The position numbers and the translations under genes are program-made. DNA of 64,000 bases from Geosiphon pyriformis uo1 (lineage: Eukaryota > Fungi > Glomeromycota): positions 891,280 through 955,279 of the forward strand of contig JAAOMT010000675.1 of assembly GCA_016748015.1 (NCBI GenBank), in the 5' to 3' direction. The notes under the pieces were generated by a model. The model did no database searches, had not been told where the DNA came from, and saw only the letters and a list, made by a program, of their open reading frames with translations. Below, in pieces: positions 40,012 through 53,829 of the stretch. Every line of letters starts with the position of its first letter. Position 1 is the first letter of the stretch.

Positions 40012-42790
40012 GCAGAATAGTCTGCAGGTGCCAATTGTAGTTCTTCTTCTGCTTTTCCTTTTCTCTTTTCTTCCCAAGTTGGTGGTGGAGATAACTCTGT
40101 TTGGAAATTATTTGTCCATAAAACTTAATAGGTTTTTATGGTTGGTGGTGATATTGTGTCTTCAAATTCAATTAACAGTTCCTCTGAGCTTTGGATTTTA
40201 AAGTGTCTGCACGTAGCCAGGACTTGGGCATGTCATCCATTAAAAGTAATCTGTAATTTCTGTGTGTTCCAGTCAAAAATGGCATGGGCTTTGGCCAACC
40301 AGTTATTTCCGACAAGAGCTTGATATTGTGTGGCTTCCATGACCAGAACTTTTATAGGAATTTGGATTCTGTTAATTTTGAAGAAAAAGTTATCAATTTT
40401 TTCAATTGGGGTTTTGGTATTGCCATCTGCAGTAATAATTTGGGTGGTTGTAGCATGATCTATTTGGTGATCTAATTGATCCATGAGTTGTTTTGTTATT
40501 ATACTGCCTGCTAATTTGCTATTGAGAATTAATTTAATGTTTATGTTTCCGACTTTAGCATTAGTATACAGGGCCATGATTGGTTTGTCCTAATTTATGG
40601 TGGCTTTATTAAAAAGGCTATTTGTGTTCAGACTATCAATGTTGAAGAGGAAAATAGCAGCAAAGGTGGTATTTTTAGTGATAGTAGTGGGTGGAATAGT
40701 ATTGTTGATTTGATTTTACCTCGAAGAGTTGGAAGTCTTTCTTACATCCTTCCTTTCTAAAAGTGTAGAGCTATAAAAATTTTGGTTTTCAGTGAGACTA
40801 AGATATGAGACTTGGTTAGGATATCTGGTTGGTGCTGGTCAAAATAGTGCATTACTATGATTTAAGAATTGTGATGATACACTGTTAGTTAGTATCTAAT
40901 TGTTGCTAAGATTCCTCTATCCTTGGTTGTAATCAATTGCATAATGTTTAGGTTGGTTATTAATGAGATTTTAGTATTGAGATGCTGCTTAAGTCATTGG
41001 CTGTGATAACTGATAGTAGTTCTGAGGTGGTTACTGGGTATACTGAATTTGTTGTAAGTATTGAGGCAGTTGATATTGAGGTGCAGAGTATTAGAATATC
41101 ATGTTTTGAGGATATCTTAATTGCTAATATTGATTTTCTTGATTTTGGTCCATTACTTTCTTACAGCAGTCCTGAATAATGTGTTCAGGTTTCTGGCAAT
41201 AATAACAATTGTGAAAATCGGATCTCCAAGGTTGTTGTTGTTGTTGCTGACAATTCTGTTGTTATTGGTATCTGTTGTTATTACTATCTCTTTGTTGTGG
41301 TGGCTGGTAGGGTCCTATGGTACTGGCTAAAAATCTTTCAATTTTCTGAGTTAATTTCTTACTTAATTGAGTTATTTTTGTGTCAATATTGGATGTTCTA
41401 TTGATAGCCAAGTTAATGGCTTAAGTATAGTTAGTCTCTTGTTCTGCTAACTCAAAGTCACAAGCAAAAGTAACTGCCTCTTATAAGGTTGTCAGGTGGT
41501 AAAATCTTATGGATCAGAGAAGACTGCTCTTTAATTTTTTGATGAATTGATTAAGGATTTGCACCCCAGTATAGTAGTCTCTTTCAATGGCCTGGATTTG
41601 ACAAAGGATTTAGTTGAATCATCCAAAATAAGTGGTCACTGCTTTGTAATCTTTTTGTTTTATGATACTGAACTGATTTTGTAATCTAATAAGAGTGTTG
41701 GAGTTACAAAAATATTGCAGAAAAACAAGTTTAAAGGCAGTGAAGTTAGTTGGTTTCTCTGCAAGACTTTAATACCATAAGTCTGCAGTTCCAGTCAAAA
41801 AAAATGGCAATGCTTAAATAGCTCTATCATCATCTCAATTGTTGGTGGCGATGGCTTTCTTAGCTTCTGTAATCTATGTATATACATCATCTTCTTCACC
41901 AGAGAATTTTTCTAATTTGGCAATATCTTGGTAAGCCATAATCTGGTAAGTAGGTAAAGTCTTTCTGGTTGATGCTGAGAAATTTGGTGTTTACATGCTA
42001 GGGTGTTCTCCTGGTGTTAATTCTGGTTTTTTCTTTTTGTTAATTTTTCCAATGGACTGGAGGATAGCTGTTTCTTTAAAAAGAGTAGTTGATAATTTGG
42101 TCAAAGGTTGGGTTAATGGTGATTCTTATATTAATGTATTTCTATCTGTTTTATTAATTGTTGGGATGAGATTTCCAAACAACAATCCATATTCTCCTAA
42201 TGATTTGGTTTAACTGTGTTGACTCCAAGGATGTGAATTTCCAGAAGTTCATGGTGTTTCCAACTGGGTTTCCAGGAGTGGGTTGAATACAATGCTACTT
42301 TGAGGTGTCTAATAGTATGATGGAATTGTTAGAAAGAGAAACCTTGGTTTCTTGTTGACCATAAACTTGGCTTGTTTTTGTGCAGCTGCTGCACTATTGG
42401 GTTTGGATTCATATTCTTTAGGGTCAAATTCTACTGGTTGTTGTACTTAAAAGAATCATTTTGCCATGTAATATTTAATGTCTGTATTAATTATGCAAAG
42501 AGTTTCAATGATTGCTCAGGTAGTCATGGTTATTGAATATCCTAATAAGCTTTGATAGATTTGTTCTCCAAGTTTTTTTATGTTGGTTGCATGGCCTAAT
42601 AAGCAGTCAATTTTTGCATTGATATAGTTACAAAAATTACTTTCTGTATAAGCAGTTTCTGCTGATATTCTTAAGTCTTTTCAAAAGTATTGAAATAATG
42701 CTCTTCTGTATGGAAAGTGGTCTTTTTTTACTGTTCCAATAGTTGTCACTTTTGTGAATTTTTGGGGTGCTCTGTCTCTGTGAATTTATA
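40012..42790 (-). pseudogene. D ORF1 5' part: Gag and protease
   Basis: Capsid-like region, CYYCQKPEHIIQDC at ~41165-41210, protease ORF 40233-40577 (KLILNSKLAGSII...ALVGNNWL). Confidence 0.9.
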
Positions 42791-42810
42791 ACCTCACAAG
42801 AAACACCAAA

Positions 42811-43863
42811 TATTATGAGTATACTTGGTAAGATTGAAAGATGAAAATGTTTGGTGCTCTTAATTATTGGTAAGATGTGTTTTGTGTAATTCCACTGGTT
42901 TAGTCTTGATTATCAGTTTCTGAAGATCTTCTTTACTGGTTGTGAATTTACCCATTGAGTTTTTTGGTTATAAGGCACAGAATTTTGGTTCTTGCTGATT
43001 ACAACTTCTTATAAAGATGCTTTCTTCTTTGAGCTAATAAGCACAGTTGTTAGGGTCTAGCATTGTCTTTTTACCCTTCTGGTAAGCTATTAAGATAACA
43101 TTAATATCCAAAAACCCAGTGGGAGCTTTCTTCTTTTACCAGGCTATCACAAAGTCTATTTTCAGACAGTCAATTTTACTATGTTGCTGCTTTACAAAAG
43201 AATAAAAAAAAAAATTTTAAAAAAAATTTAAAAATAAAAAAAATAAAAATAAAAGAAAAAAAAAGAAAAAGAATTAGTATCATTAATCACTGTGATCAAG
43301 AGCAATTAATCCAAATTGTTAATAGTTCAAGGTAGTTATGCTAAGAGCATTTGTTCTGGAATGAAGGTACAACACAATGATTAATTCACATAAATTCTAC
43401 AAAGTTTGAGAACATAAATTCGTGATTCTGATTTCTTGATAATTGATTTTATTTTAGAAGATAAAAATGGAATAGAATAAATAATAAAAGAGATAAGGAT
43501 ATTTGATTCTTGTCTAGTGGTTCATATTTATCTGTCTCTTTTCTACTTTCTACAACTACTTACTTATATACATTTTTTTTGGTTTTACAGAATTGCTTCT
43601 GATAGTTTTATTATTGCTAACTATTGTTTTGTTATTTTTGTTATTGCTTTGTTTTTTTATGTTATTACTAGTTATCTTATGTTATAACACATTATCTGGT
43701 GTTATTATATGTTATTTTGTATTATCCTACATTATAACATATTATCCTATGCTATTCTAAGTTATAATGCATTATCCAACATTATTGCATGCTATTCTGT
43801 ATTATGTTATGTTTTGGTTATGTTTTTTCATAACTTTGGATCAGTTTTTTTACTTGGGTAACA
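42811..43863 (-). repeat. D 5' LTR
   Basis: Repeat of 23311-24364, followed on the minus strand by PBS tggtgtttcttgtgagg. Confidence 0.95.
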
Positions 43864-43959
43864 TTGCTCTTTGAAGTTAAATTCTTTTTAATTTCTTTCA
43901 TCATTCTACAATCTTGTTCTCCCTTGTTATCTCTAAGCTTGTTACTCTAATCTGTAATA
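43864..43959 (+). repeat. C 3' LTR, right part
   Basis: ttgctctttgaagttaaattc...tgtaata matches the end of C's 5' LTR (16359-16454). Confidence 0.92.
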
Positions 43960-45258
43960 GTATTATTTGCTTACTGGACAATGAAGCAAGACATTACACA
44001 AACAATACCATTTGAATTAGTATATAGTAAAACAACAATATTACCAGTTGAAATAGAAGTCAAAACATATTCAACAGAACTAATAACAGAAGAAAATTTT
44101 CAAAAAACACTGTTGAAAAGAACATATAACTTAATAAAAACACTAGAAAACAAATGGCAAAAAGCAGTTGATAACATCCAAAAGTCACAAGAAAAACAAA
44201 AAGAAAGACACAATAACCAATTACCAAATAAACCAGTCAAATTCAGGATTAGAAACAAAGTATTTTTACATTGTACCAAAGCAGAAAAACAATGGAGCAG
44301 AAAATTTAACCCCAAATGAGATGGATTATTTCACATAAAGAAAATTCTAGGAAATGGAGCTTATAAATTAAGGTTGAACAACAAAGTTTTAACCAAAGTA
44401 GTACATAAAGATCAACTAAAACTATATTAAAACATAACATTAGCATCCACTAGTAATATTCCACAACTGAAAACACAGAAAATACTAGTTCAACCAGATA
44501 AGATTCCACAAAATCTGGAACTAATCATAGTTATTGAACCAAACACGTCAAATTGAACAACCAAAAGAGTATATAAAAACATGATATACACAACAAAAGC
44601 AACAAAAAAAATAGAAATACCAGATTATATTTACACCTTAGCTCAACAATTGTTTTAAACTTTAAATCAACAGCAAGTAAACATAGAAATTATTATCAAC
44701 AACCAAACAATCTGTTATCAAAACACCAAACAAAAAGGGAAAAATACACTATACCAGTGACCACAAAAACAATCAATAAACTGGTCAGATAAAATAGTAA
44801 AAAAGTAAAAAACACTTTTGAAAAGACAACCATCATTATTTCAACAAAAGAACTGACAAAAAAAAATTGAAACCAATGAATAAACCAACTTTCAATACCA
44901 TACTGCTACTATCAATTGGGACAAAAAATAGATATTCAGAAGTTATATCTTGACAAATCCAAGAGAATCTTCAATCAAAAAATAATCTGGAATATTGAAA
45001 ACATTATTGGAAAGAAAACAAACTTGACACTATACATCAGAACCATTTATTGATTACACACTGTATTTTAGAACTACCCAGAAATATTGTTACACTCTGA
45101 CATGGAAACAATAACTATCAACCAATGGAAAAAAATGAACAATACACAAATTAAAGAAATAAAGAGTAAAATAAAACAGATGCTACTTGAAAAAAAAGTA
45201 TTTAACATAATTCAAAATAAGGATTTTGACAGAGCTCAATATTAAAAAAAGAAGATAA
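43960..45258 (+). mobile_element. Element A, segment 3: C-terminal integrase, ORF3, PPT
   Basis: Resumes ...VLFAY|WTMKQD exactly where segment 2 broke; ORF3 at ~44610-45245; PPT aaaaaaagaagataa at 45244-45258. Confidence 0.92.
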
Positions 45259-46074
45259 TATTACTCATAAAAAAGGAAAACAGATATAGAAAATAGTAAA
45301 CCAATAAGAAAGTAGTAGTTAACACGTGAGCACATTGCTCAACAATATGGAATAATATTAGAAAATTAGAGCACATTGCTCAGTAATATAAGTATTACTC
45401 AAAAAATCATAGCACATTGCTCAGAAATGTGAGCAATTTCATAGAACATTAATTATGTATATATAGCAGTAGCATTAGAAGAAAAAAAGACAGACCTCTC
45501 AGTTTAGACTAGATCTAAACAACTTTCCACATCAGAAATATCAATAAATAATTATTTAATATCTCAAATCCATTTCACACTATCAACATTTTATGTTAAT
45601 AGTAATTGATACTTAACTATACTGAAACAATAGCTCTTGATCATGGCTATTGATCAGATACTAACATTTATTGCCTTGGCTTATTTTTTTTATTTCTTTT
45701 TTTTTATCTTGCTTTGTTATTTCTTGTTATTGACTAAATTGATTAAAAAAAAAAAAGCACTGAGTTATTAACATTATAGATAGCCTGGTAAAAGACCCAG
45801 AAATAAGGATATAAGATTTATAAATTAATGGATAGCTTACCAGAAGAACATAACTGTCAGAATAAACCAGTCACCATGCTGAAAACAGAAATTGGGAAAA
45901 CAACTTGAGAAATTCACCAAAACCAACCATAATGAATCTCTGTCCATTATACAAAGAACTTAACCAAAATCTTCAGATCACAAAAATCTTCAAAAACCAA
46001 CATCATTATATTAACTGAACACCAAGTTACAGATTTGTTATTTGCTTTGAGACCTTAAATAATTATCTGTAACA
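45259..46074 (+). repeat. A 3' LTR
   Basis: tattactcat...tgtaaca; similar to the reverse complement of the E LTRs. Confidence 0.9.
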
Positions 46075-46199
46075 ACGTACATTAAATTTTTACTTATTTA
46101 ATTTGCTTCCATATTGTAATTTTCTCTTTAATTATTTCTATTACTCTATAATTCTATTTTTTCTTGCTATCTATTAGCTTGTTATTCCAATTTGTAACA
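46075..46199 (+). repeat. Tail of an older C-family LTR (Z) into which A inserted
   Basis: acattaaatt...cttgctatctattagcttgttattccaatttgtaaca aligns to the C LTR end (acattgaatt...cttgctatctgttagcttattactctaacccataaca). Confidence 0.8.
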
Positions 46200-46599
46200 A
46201 TATTAAACTATATAAATAAGACCATATAAAAATTTTAAAACATAATAAAATTTGTTATTATCAAATTATATCTATTAATTATTAATTTTTATTAGTGTTT
46301 TTTAGTTTGTTAAAAAAAATTTGTATTTAATTTAATTAAATAGTTAGACTGTATTATATTTTTTTATTGTTATTAAGTTAATTGCTGATTTTTTGTTTCT
46401 TATTTACTGGCTGATTTTATTAATTAATTATAATAATATAAACTTTTCTTACATGATTTTAATGATAATTTTTATAATATTATTTTTTTATTAATGCATT
46501 TATTAAATAAAGCCCAACCACTATTTAATACATAGATCCAAACTAAGTGGTTCAAACTAAACACAACTTATGTACTTATTATATGTGGCTAGCTATTTA

Positions 46600-49500
46600 G
46601 ATTAAACAAAATAATACTACACACTTATATAAACATGTACATTACTATTTGATCCTAAAAAAAAAGGACACAGTTTGTAACAACCAAAACTAATAGCAAA
46701 AGACTTGACAATACTAAGCAATCTAATTACACTATTTAAAAGCACAAATATCACATCACATGACAATCTTAATACCAAACTGCTATTCTTAATTAGACCA
46801 GTTTTTTCTATATTTACTTTATATTTAAATCTTATCAATCATGTTTTAGCATAATATAACTTTACTAAATGCCTTATGTATTCAACAATAATAAAAGCAG
46901 TTTTTTTTTTTATCAAAAATTCCCAAAGTCTTTGTATACTAATTTCTTAATACAAACTCCTTACAAATTATCACATACAGGCCTATATTTAAGAAATACT
47001 AAGAGAATGTCTGCAGAACAACAGAAAAAAATAGATTATGAATACTCACCAAGATAATCTAATATACAGATGCTTTTGCTAAAATTCTTTCCCAAATATT
47101 AATATTCTGAATACAAGTAAAAGCATAATCAGAAAACTTTATCTTAACATACAATAAACATAGAACACTAGGATATCTCTTATTATACAATCTTTTTCTA
47201 ACTGTTACTGGTAGTTATCTATGTATAACTTTTATTAAATATGTATGCAGACTAAAAAACTTTTAACTAGTAAATTCAGAGAGCATATGGAAATCAAAAT
47301 ACCACACTTTTGCAGTAGCAGTCCAATACACACTTTTGATCAACCTATTCAGAATCATATTATGGCCAGAGCTAGTTTTCCAATAAACATGACAAATAGA
47401 TCTAAACAAATTTTTAACAAAATAATAAACATTGTTAGATACAGCAATGTTTTTAGCAACCAAGAAATATTTCTGCACTTCTACTGGCAAAAGAAAGATA
47501 GAACACACTTCAAAAACAGAGCAACAGTCTGTAATTTAGCCATAGTAAAAGACAAAAGCCTATGTACTCTAACACTAATATTCATATTCACAGCAAAAAA
47601 ATACACAGCTGCCCTATTAACTACATTAGCAAAGCCAGTATTTTTCAATAAACCATCCATATAAACATCAAATAAGTCAGACCAAATCTTATATAAATTA
47701 TTTCAAATATCAAAAAACCTCTTAGATTCTAAAATATTCATGTTTAGTAACTAATTGGTTTTAGCAAAATTACTTAACAAAAAAACTTTATTTCGCAAAA
47801 ACTTTAATATAAGCTCAAATTAATAAGGCACAAAACTTCTAAAATTTAATCTTTTTTATTAATAAAAAGTCTTTTAGTTTATTATATTACTTTTTTTGTT
47901 AAAAAGCTTATTACCAAAAACAATTCCAAAATGCTTAAAGAAATGAACAAAACTAAGATACAAGGTTTTTCCCAAAATACTGACATAAAAAAATTACCAG
48001 GACTACAAAAAACATTGGAAAAGTTGTTAATCAAAAACAGCTTATTGCCTAAAAAAATTTTACCACTCCAGCCAAAAAATTTTTTACTGGATTAACATGT
48101 AATATTGCAAAAAATTTAGAGAAGTCCAACCCAAAACCTGCAAATTCAAGAATCTATGATTAAATAAACATTTAAAAATGCCCAAAATATTAAAGAAGAA
48201 GATTAAGACAGTTAATTTTTTTTCAGACTACATTTGCTTAAATAATTTCAAACTATACAAAAAAAAATAATACAAAGCTTTATTAGAAAAATCACAGGAC
48301 AAACAAACTTTAAACTTAAGACTTTTTCTAATTATAACATCCTATTTGCAGCACATATTTGACAAGACAAAACTAAACTGGATTTTATAATTAATTTGCA
48401 AAATAGCTAATATTAAATAAAAAAACTGTTTGTTTATAATAGTTTTCCTAAGTATCACATTAATAAAAAACCAAATATTAGAATAAGCCTTGATTATACT
48501 TGGCTTGAATAATTTTTTAGTTGACAAAAAAATCTCCAGATATTTATGCACTTTATTCTTCTTGGCAATTAAAATTGGCTGATTACTAATATCCAAAGAA
48601 GCAATTCTAATCTTTTGATTAATAAGAATAGCCACAGTTTTTTTATTGTTAATCAAAATATTATTGATTATAAAAAACTTATTAGCAATATTCAAAACAT
48701 ACTGCATAAAAGTCTAACTATTGCCAACTCAAATTGTGTTATTAACAAACACACCAGTTGTAAAAAAAAAGAATATCCTATTACTGTTTTCAATTCTATT
48801 GGTTTTTGTGACAAACATAATATTAATCTAATAACTACATAATTGTTTATGTCTCTTAACCTTATATAAGAATAGATCATAAAAAATCTTCCAAAGAAAA
48901 AGTAAAAAAACTTTGTCTTGATTCAATCTATTATGTACTCTATAACTATCTAAAAGACCAAAATCTGTTATTACTTTATTAACTTTATCTTTGTATATGC
49001 TACTAAAAAATTTGATAAATTTATTATATATTTTGATCTGTTACAAGCTAGTCCTCAAATAGTGCCAATTAACCAAGTTATATGTCTTGTATATATCCTG
49101 CAAGACCAACTAAAGCTCCCTATTTTTCTTTAGAGCATTTTTAATTATTAATTCAATAGTAAATACAGGAGACTAAAACTAAAAAATTATTACTGTGAAA
49201 AACACCAAACTTGCTATATATAAATAAGATCTGATCAGATAGAATCTTGAAAAGAACTTTTTTGGCAGTTTTAATTAAAGCAATAAGACAAATATTTGTA
49301 AAAACTCCATTTTAATAATAAAATTTAAGTATTATTGAGATCTAAGTTCTTTTCCACAAAGCAGATACACTACTAATAGACAAACATACTGTTACTAATA
49401 GAATTTTAGCTATTAATTAGCATAAAATTACTCTCATAATTCCCATTATTAATTAGCATATATTATTATTATTTTGATTATTACTTATTATTTAATCAAA

Positions 49501-52500
49501 TTATCAAATATTATTACTCAATCAATAATCCGATTTGTATCATAGAAATTAAGATGATCAAATTACACAATATCCTGAACCATTTAACATAGTCAAAATT
49601 CGCCAAAATTAATGGAAATTGGCCGAAATAATCAATAGTTCAGTGAAATAACTTGTAGTTTGTCGAAATGTATCTTTAGTTTACCAAAATTGTAGCAAAG
49701 AGAAAAGTGCAAGTTTAAAGACTAGTACTACAACAAGTTGTATAAAAGAAGAGCTTTTCTTTTCAAGAAAATGTATCTTCTCATATTTTTTTATAGTATC
49801 TTATTATAGCATTCTACTTTAGATATTTTAATTAAAACAAATTACCTTTTACATATCTCAAAATAAAATTAAAAATATTCGAAAACCAAATTCTTTAATT
49901 ATTACATTTGAAATTCTTTCAACACAAACTAACGTTTTGAAATTGATTAGCTACCAATTTCAGTAATCTGTTAGTGACTTCAGGCCTGGACAGAAAACGT
50001 TTCTCTTGATAAAATTCTATTTCTTTTACATTTCTTTTATTTTTCTTTTTCTTTTCTTATTATAATTATTAGGGTAGTCTACAGACAAGATTCCTGTAGA
50101 AGAGTTGATTTTCACAGCAAAGTAATTACACATTTTTTTAGTGAGCTTCCAGATGAGCAATTCCTGGGAAAGAGTTAATGTTTACTACAACATAACTATA
50201 CAAACAACTGGTACAGAATTGGCTATTCCACTTATAAGCCCAACAGTTCAAATTATAGGAGATAATTTGAAGATAAATTCAGTTATTGGAGGTTCAATTG
50301 CTTTCAGAAAACGTAAAATTAGCAACAAACAAACAGTAACAACAATCAAAAAAAGAGACCAAAAACTTCTGGTAACAATGCATTCAACAAATCTAAAAAA
50401 CACTCTGCCACCTTATTATTACCATGCTTTAAAAGTTTATTAAAAATACCAGACATACTAGCAGTCTTGTTATCAAGCAGACTATTAATTACCAAAAGCA
50501 ATTTCTTTATATTAATCTCTCTTATCACATCAGAAAAAGCATCATCTCTTATATAATTCAACAGTACATATTAGTAAGCCTAAAGATCAAGCATTGTTAC
50601 AAACACAACCTGCTTTTTTGTCCAACTTTCCATAATTATATTAACACTAAGCTTTACTTTTTCTGGTTTTAAAACCAGTTCACTATCTATTATCAAATAA
50701 TCCAGAATCATTTTGTTAAAAAACCAATCCAAAATGCTCTTAATCATATCACTTTTATTAAAACTAAAATTTTTCATGTGTTTCTCAATAATCTTCCTAA
50801 TAGTTATTTCTTTAGCCAATTTTGACTTGTACATTTTGGATTTTCTGTATTTTTTATAAACAGATAACAAATATTTAATAATATCCATTAAATTTTCACC
50901 ATTTTACACTATGTTTACAACTATAATAGTTTTATCCACATCCAAAGTTAATTACTTTTTAATGAGATAATTGAATCCAAACATGTTATTTAAGCCCAAC
51001 TTTTTAATAATTTTGGCAATTAACAATTCTAATCTAAAAAACTTAGAAGACTGTCTGTTTTTTGAATCCTAAAATTTATTGAACCAATGCTTTGAAAATA
51101 TTTTACCACTTGATTTTACCATTACCTTTTTTAGCAACAAAAGCCTTAACATCTAAAAATTTATTTTTCATTACCAAAAGCTTGACAGAAAAGCATTTTC
51201 TGAATTGTATCTACCTGGCACTATCTGCATTCTTAATATTAAACTTTCAATGATTTTTATTAGCTTGTTTGCACAAAACATTTAAATAGACATCCAAAAA
51301 CCCATCTACACCAATTGATACCAAAACAGTCTTGTGATTAGTGTTGAAAAATGTGAACACAGAATTAATTTTATGGCTAACAACTGTTGATAATAAGCTT
51401 TTACTAACAAAAATGTAATCCAAAACTTTCTTAACGCTTCTCAAATTGCTTTAAGTTGAAGCTTTAACCAATGAATACCTACCAAAAAAGTTGACCAAAT
51501 CCAAATTCAAACAAAACTTGAAACTTGCACTTTTTTTAGACATATTTTTATTGAAATTTCCACTCAATACCACAAAAGTGCTGGAGTTAACAGCTTTGAC
51601 AATAAAAGAGTTGATCTTTAAAGCCTGATCAAACTTAGTCTCAGTAGAAACAACAGCATACAAACCCAAAATCATGACTAAAAACTTGCTCTTGAAAAGA
51701 AGCCATACCAAAATAATACAACTGGAAATCTTTTCCACTTTGGAGACATAAAAAACCAATAAATTGTTTATAATAATGGCAACTTCAATACCAAAAAAAC
51801 TCTCTTTCAAACCAAATATAAAGATTTAGACTCTCTTAAACTTATTTGCAATCCAAAATTTGACACTAGATCCTAACTTTGTTTTTATTATAAAAAAGAT
51901 CATGATACCTAAATTTATATGCTAATAAACAATATTTTTTTGCTTGGCAGGAACATTTAAACCTCTAATATTACAAGTAGCAAACTTCCAAACCAAATCT
52001 ATTATTGAGAAAAAATTTTTTTTACATTCAAGCTAAAATTGTCTACTTTGGCCATTAGGTCTATAACAGTAGCTAACAGATTGTTTATATTTTTTTCTAA
52101 TTTCAAAACAAACAATTTATTAAAAATTACAACTTTTACAACAATTTTACTATTAGTGGTCATATTCAAACTCTTACTCATTACTATATCTGTTTCTTGA
52201 TTCTGTAATAAAAGAGTCACTAATGACTAATATCCAAAACTAAGCTAGAAAACTATTGGTTCAAGTGCATTTAATCTTTTAGTCAGCTTATTAACTTGCT
52301 TCACAAAACTGGTAAAATTGTGCTCAAAAGCAGCAAATCTATCACTTACATCCAAAAAAACCAGCAAAAAAAATTTAATATTTGAAAATAAACTAGCACC
52401 AGAAGAAACCAAAAACACCATGTAAAAAAAAAAATTACCAGCAATTTGAGCTCAAGTTTTACCATTAAAAAAAATTGAATAAGCAATTAGTACCTGTTTC

Positions 52501-53800
52501 TTCCTATATATGTTGGCTAAACAAATTTAATTCTAAGAAAATATTACATGCTTATTACAGCTACTAAAATTTTTATCTACTAAGCACACATATAAACTTG
52601 GATTACAGCCAATAAAGCAAATCTTTCTATCATATAATTCCAACAAACTAGCAAGATTATAAGCAATAATACCAACAGACAAAGTATATAACAAAGCCCA
52701 ATAAAGATCTTTAAATACTTATAATTGCTTATTAACAATAGCCAAAGCCATATATACAGAGTTCTTATCCATTAGAACTAATCATTTGGAAGCAACTAAG
52801 TTAACAACATCTGATAACTTAAACTCCATTAAGGTCTTTTGCCAAAAACCAATCAGTTGTATTTTAACAAAAACAATTTTGCCAAATTTAAAAAAGACTA
52901 CTTCTATTGCTGATTTAGAAAAATCTACTGGGATCTCCTTAACAATTACTTTTTAATCAGTTCTGCTGTTTGGTTTTTTAATATTATTATTGATTAGAAT
53001 TTTTTCACTTATAGCCAATTTCTTAGCCCTGCCTAAACTCAATTTAAAAGTAAAAGTAGATCTAATAATTTCTGAAAATTTTGAAGAAATAAAGACTCCT
53101 TTAAAACTATCTACACAATAAATTTTTTTTTATATTTAACAACTTATTACTAAGATTCTTACCAGGCACTACAAAAAGCTCAATATCAAGTATGAAAAAT
53201 TTAGCTGAATTAAAACTCCATTTATCTGAAACATGTAATTTAATTAACGAAAGTTATTAAAATTTATTAAACTTAGATAATAGAAACATTAGAATGTTGT
53301 CATTATTACTCAAATTAACAAACAACAAAGCTTTTAGAGATTGATCTAACACATATGTCTATGTGTAAGTTTTTTACAGTGTCATATCATATATGTTCTC
53401 ATTAACTACTAAAATATTAAAATCTGCATAGTTGGTCTTTTTAATGACCATGTTCTTTATATTTTCTATATCTAACAGATTCTTGACACTATTAGTTTTG
53501 TTTTTGACTTTACTATTTCAAGACACTATAGGGTTTCTATTAGCAATATCAATATCTTTAAAACTTAAAAAACTAACAGACAAGTTGACTATACCTATAT
53601 TTATGATAGATGTATTACAAGAGTATATACTCTTTACATGTTTTTTTTGCATTTAGACAGATTTTTAAACCAGCCAAAACCAAGCTAGAACCATCAACAG
53701 AAAAGTTTACTAGTTCTATTACAACAAAAAAATATGTGTTAGAAAAAATAACTACAAAAAACAAAAGGAAAAAGAGAAAAGAAAACAATTTTTTTAAAAA
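46600..53800 (-). mobile_element. Decayed non-LTR retrotransposon (LINE): ORF1 + ORF2 (APE endonuclease, RT, RNase H, Cys/His tail)
   Basis: WKFATCNIRGLN at ~51960-51995 and LDYIFVS...TNHK (APE). RT motifs KTASMSGI, FVNNTI (FVDD decayed, ~48740) and KYLEIF. DVYMDGL...AKLQTVA (RNase H, ~47520-47680). CLL...AFTC at ~47110-47165. Ends are approximate. Confidence 0.85.
49390..50377. mobile_element. Solo LTR (988 bp) of another family inserted in the LINE RT
   Basis: tgttac...gtaaca termini with flanks atac/atgc. Removing it restores LINE ...LDLLNA|CLS. No visible match to the A-E LTRs. Confidence 0.85.
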
Positions 53801-53829
53801 ATGTTTTTTGCTTTTATTATGACCAGAAA

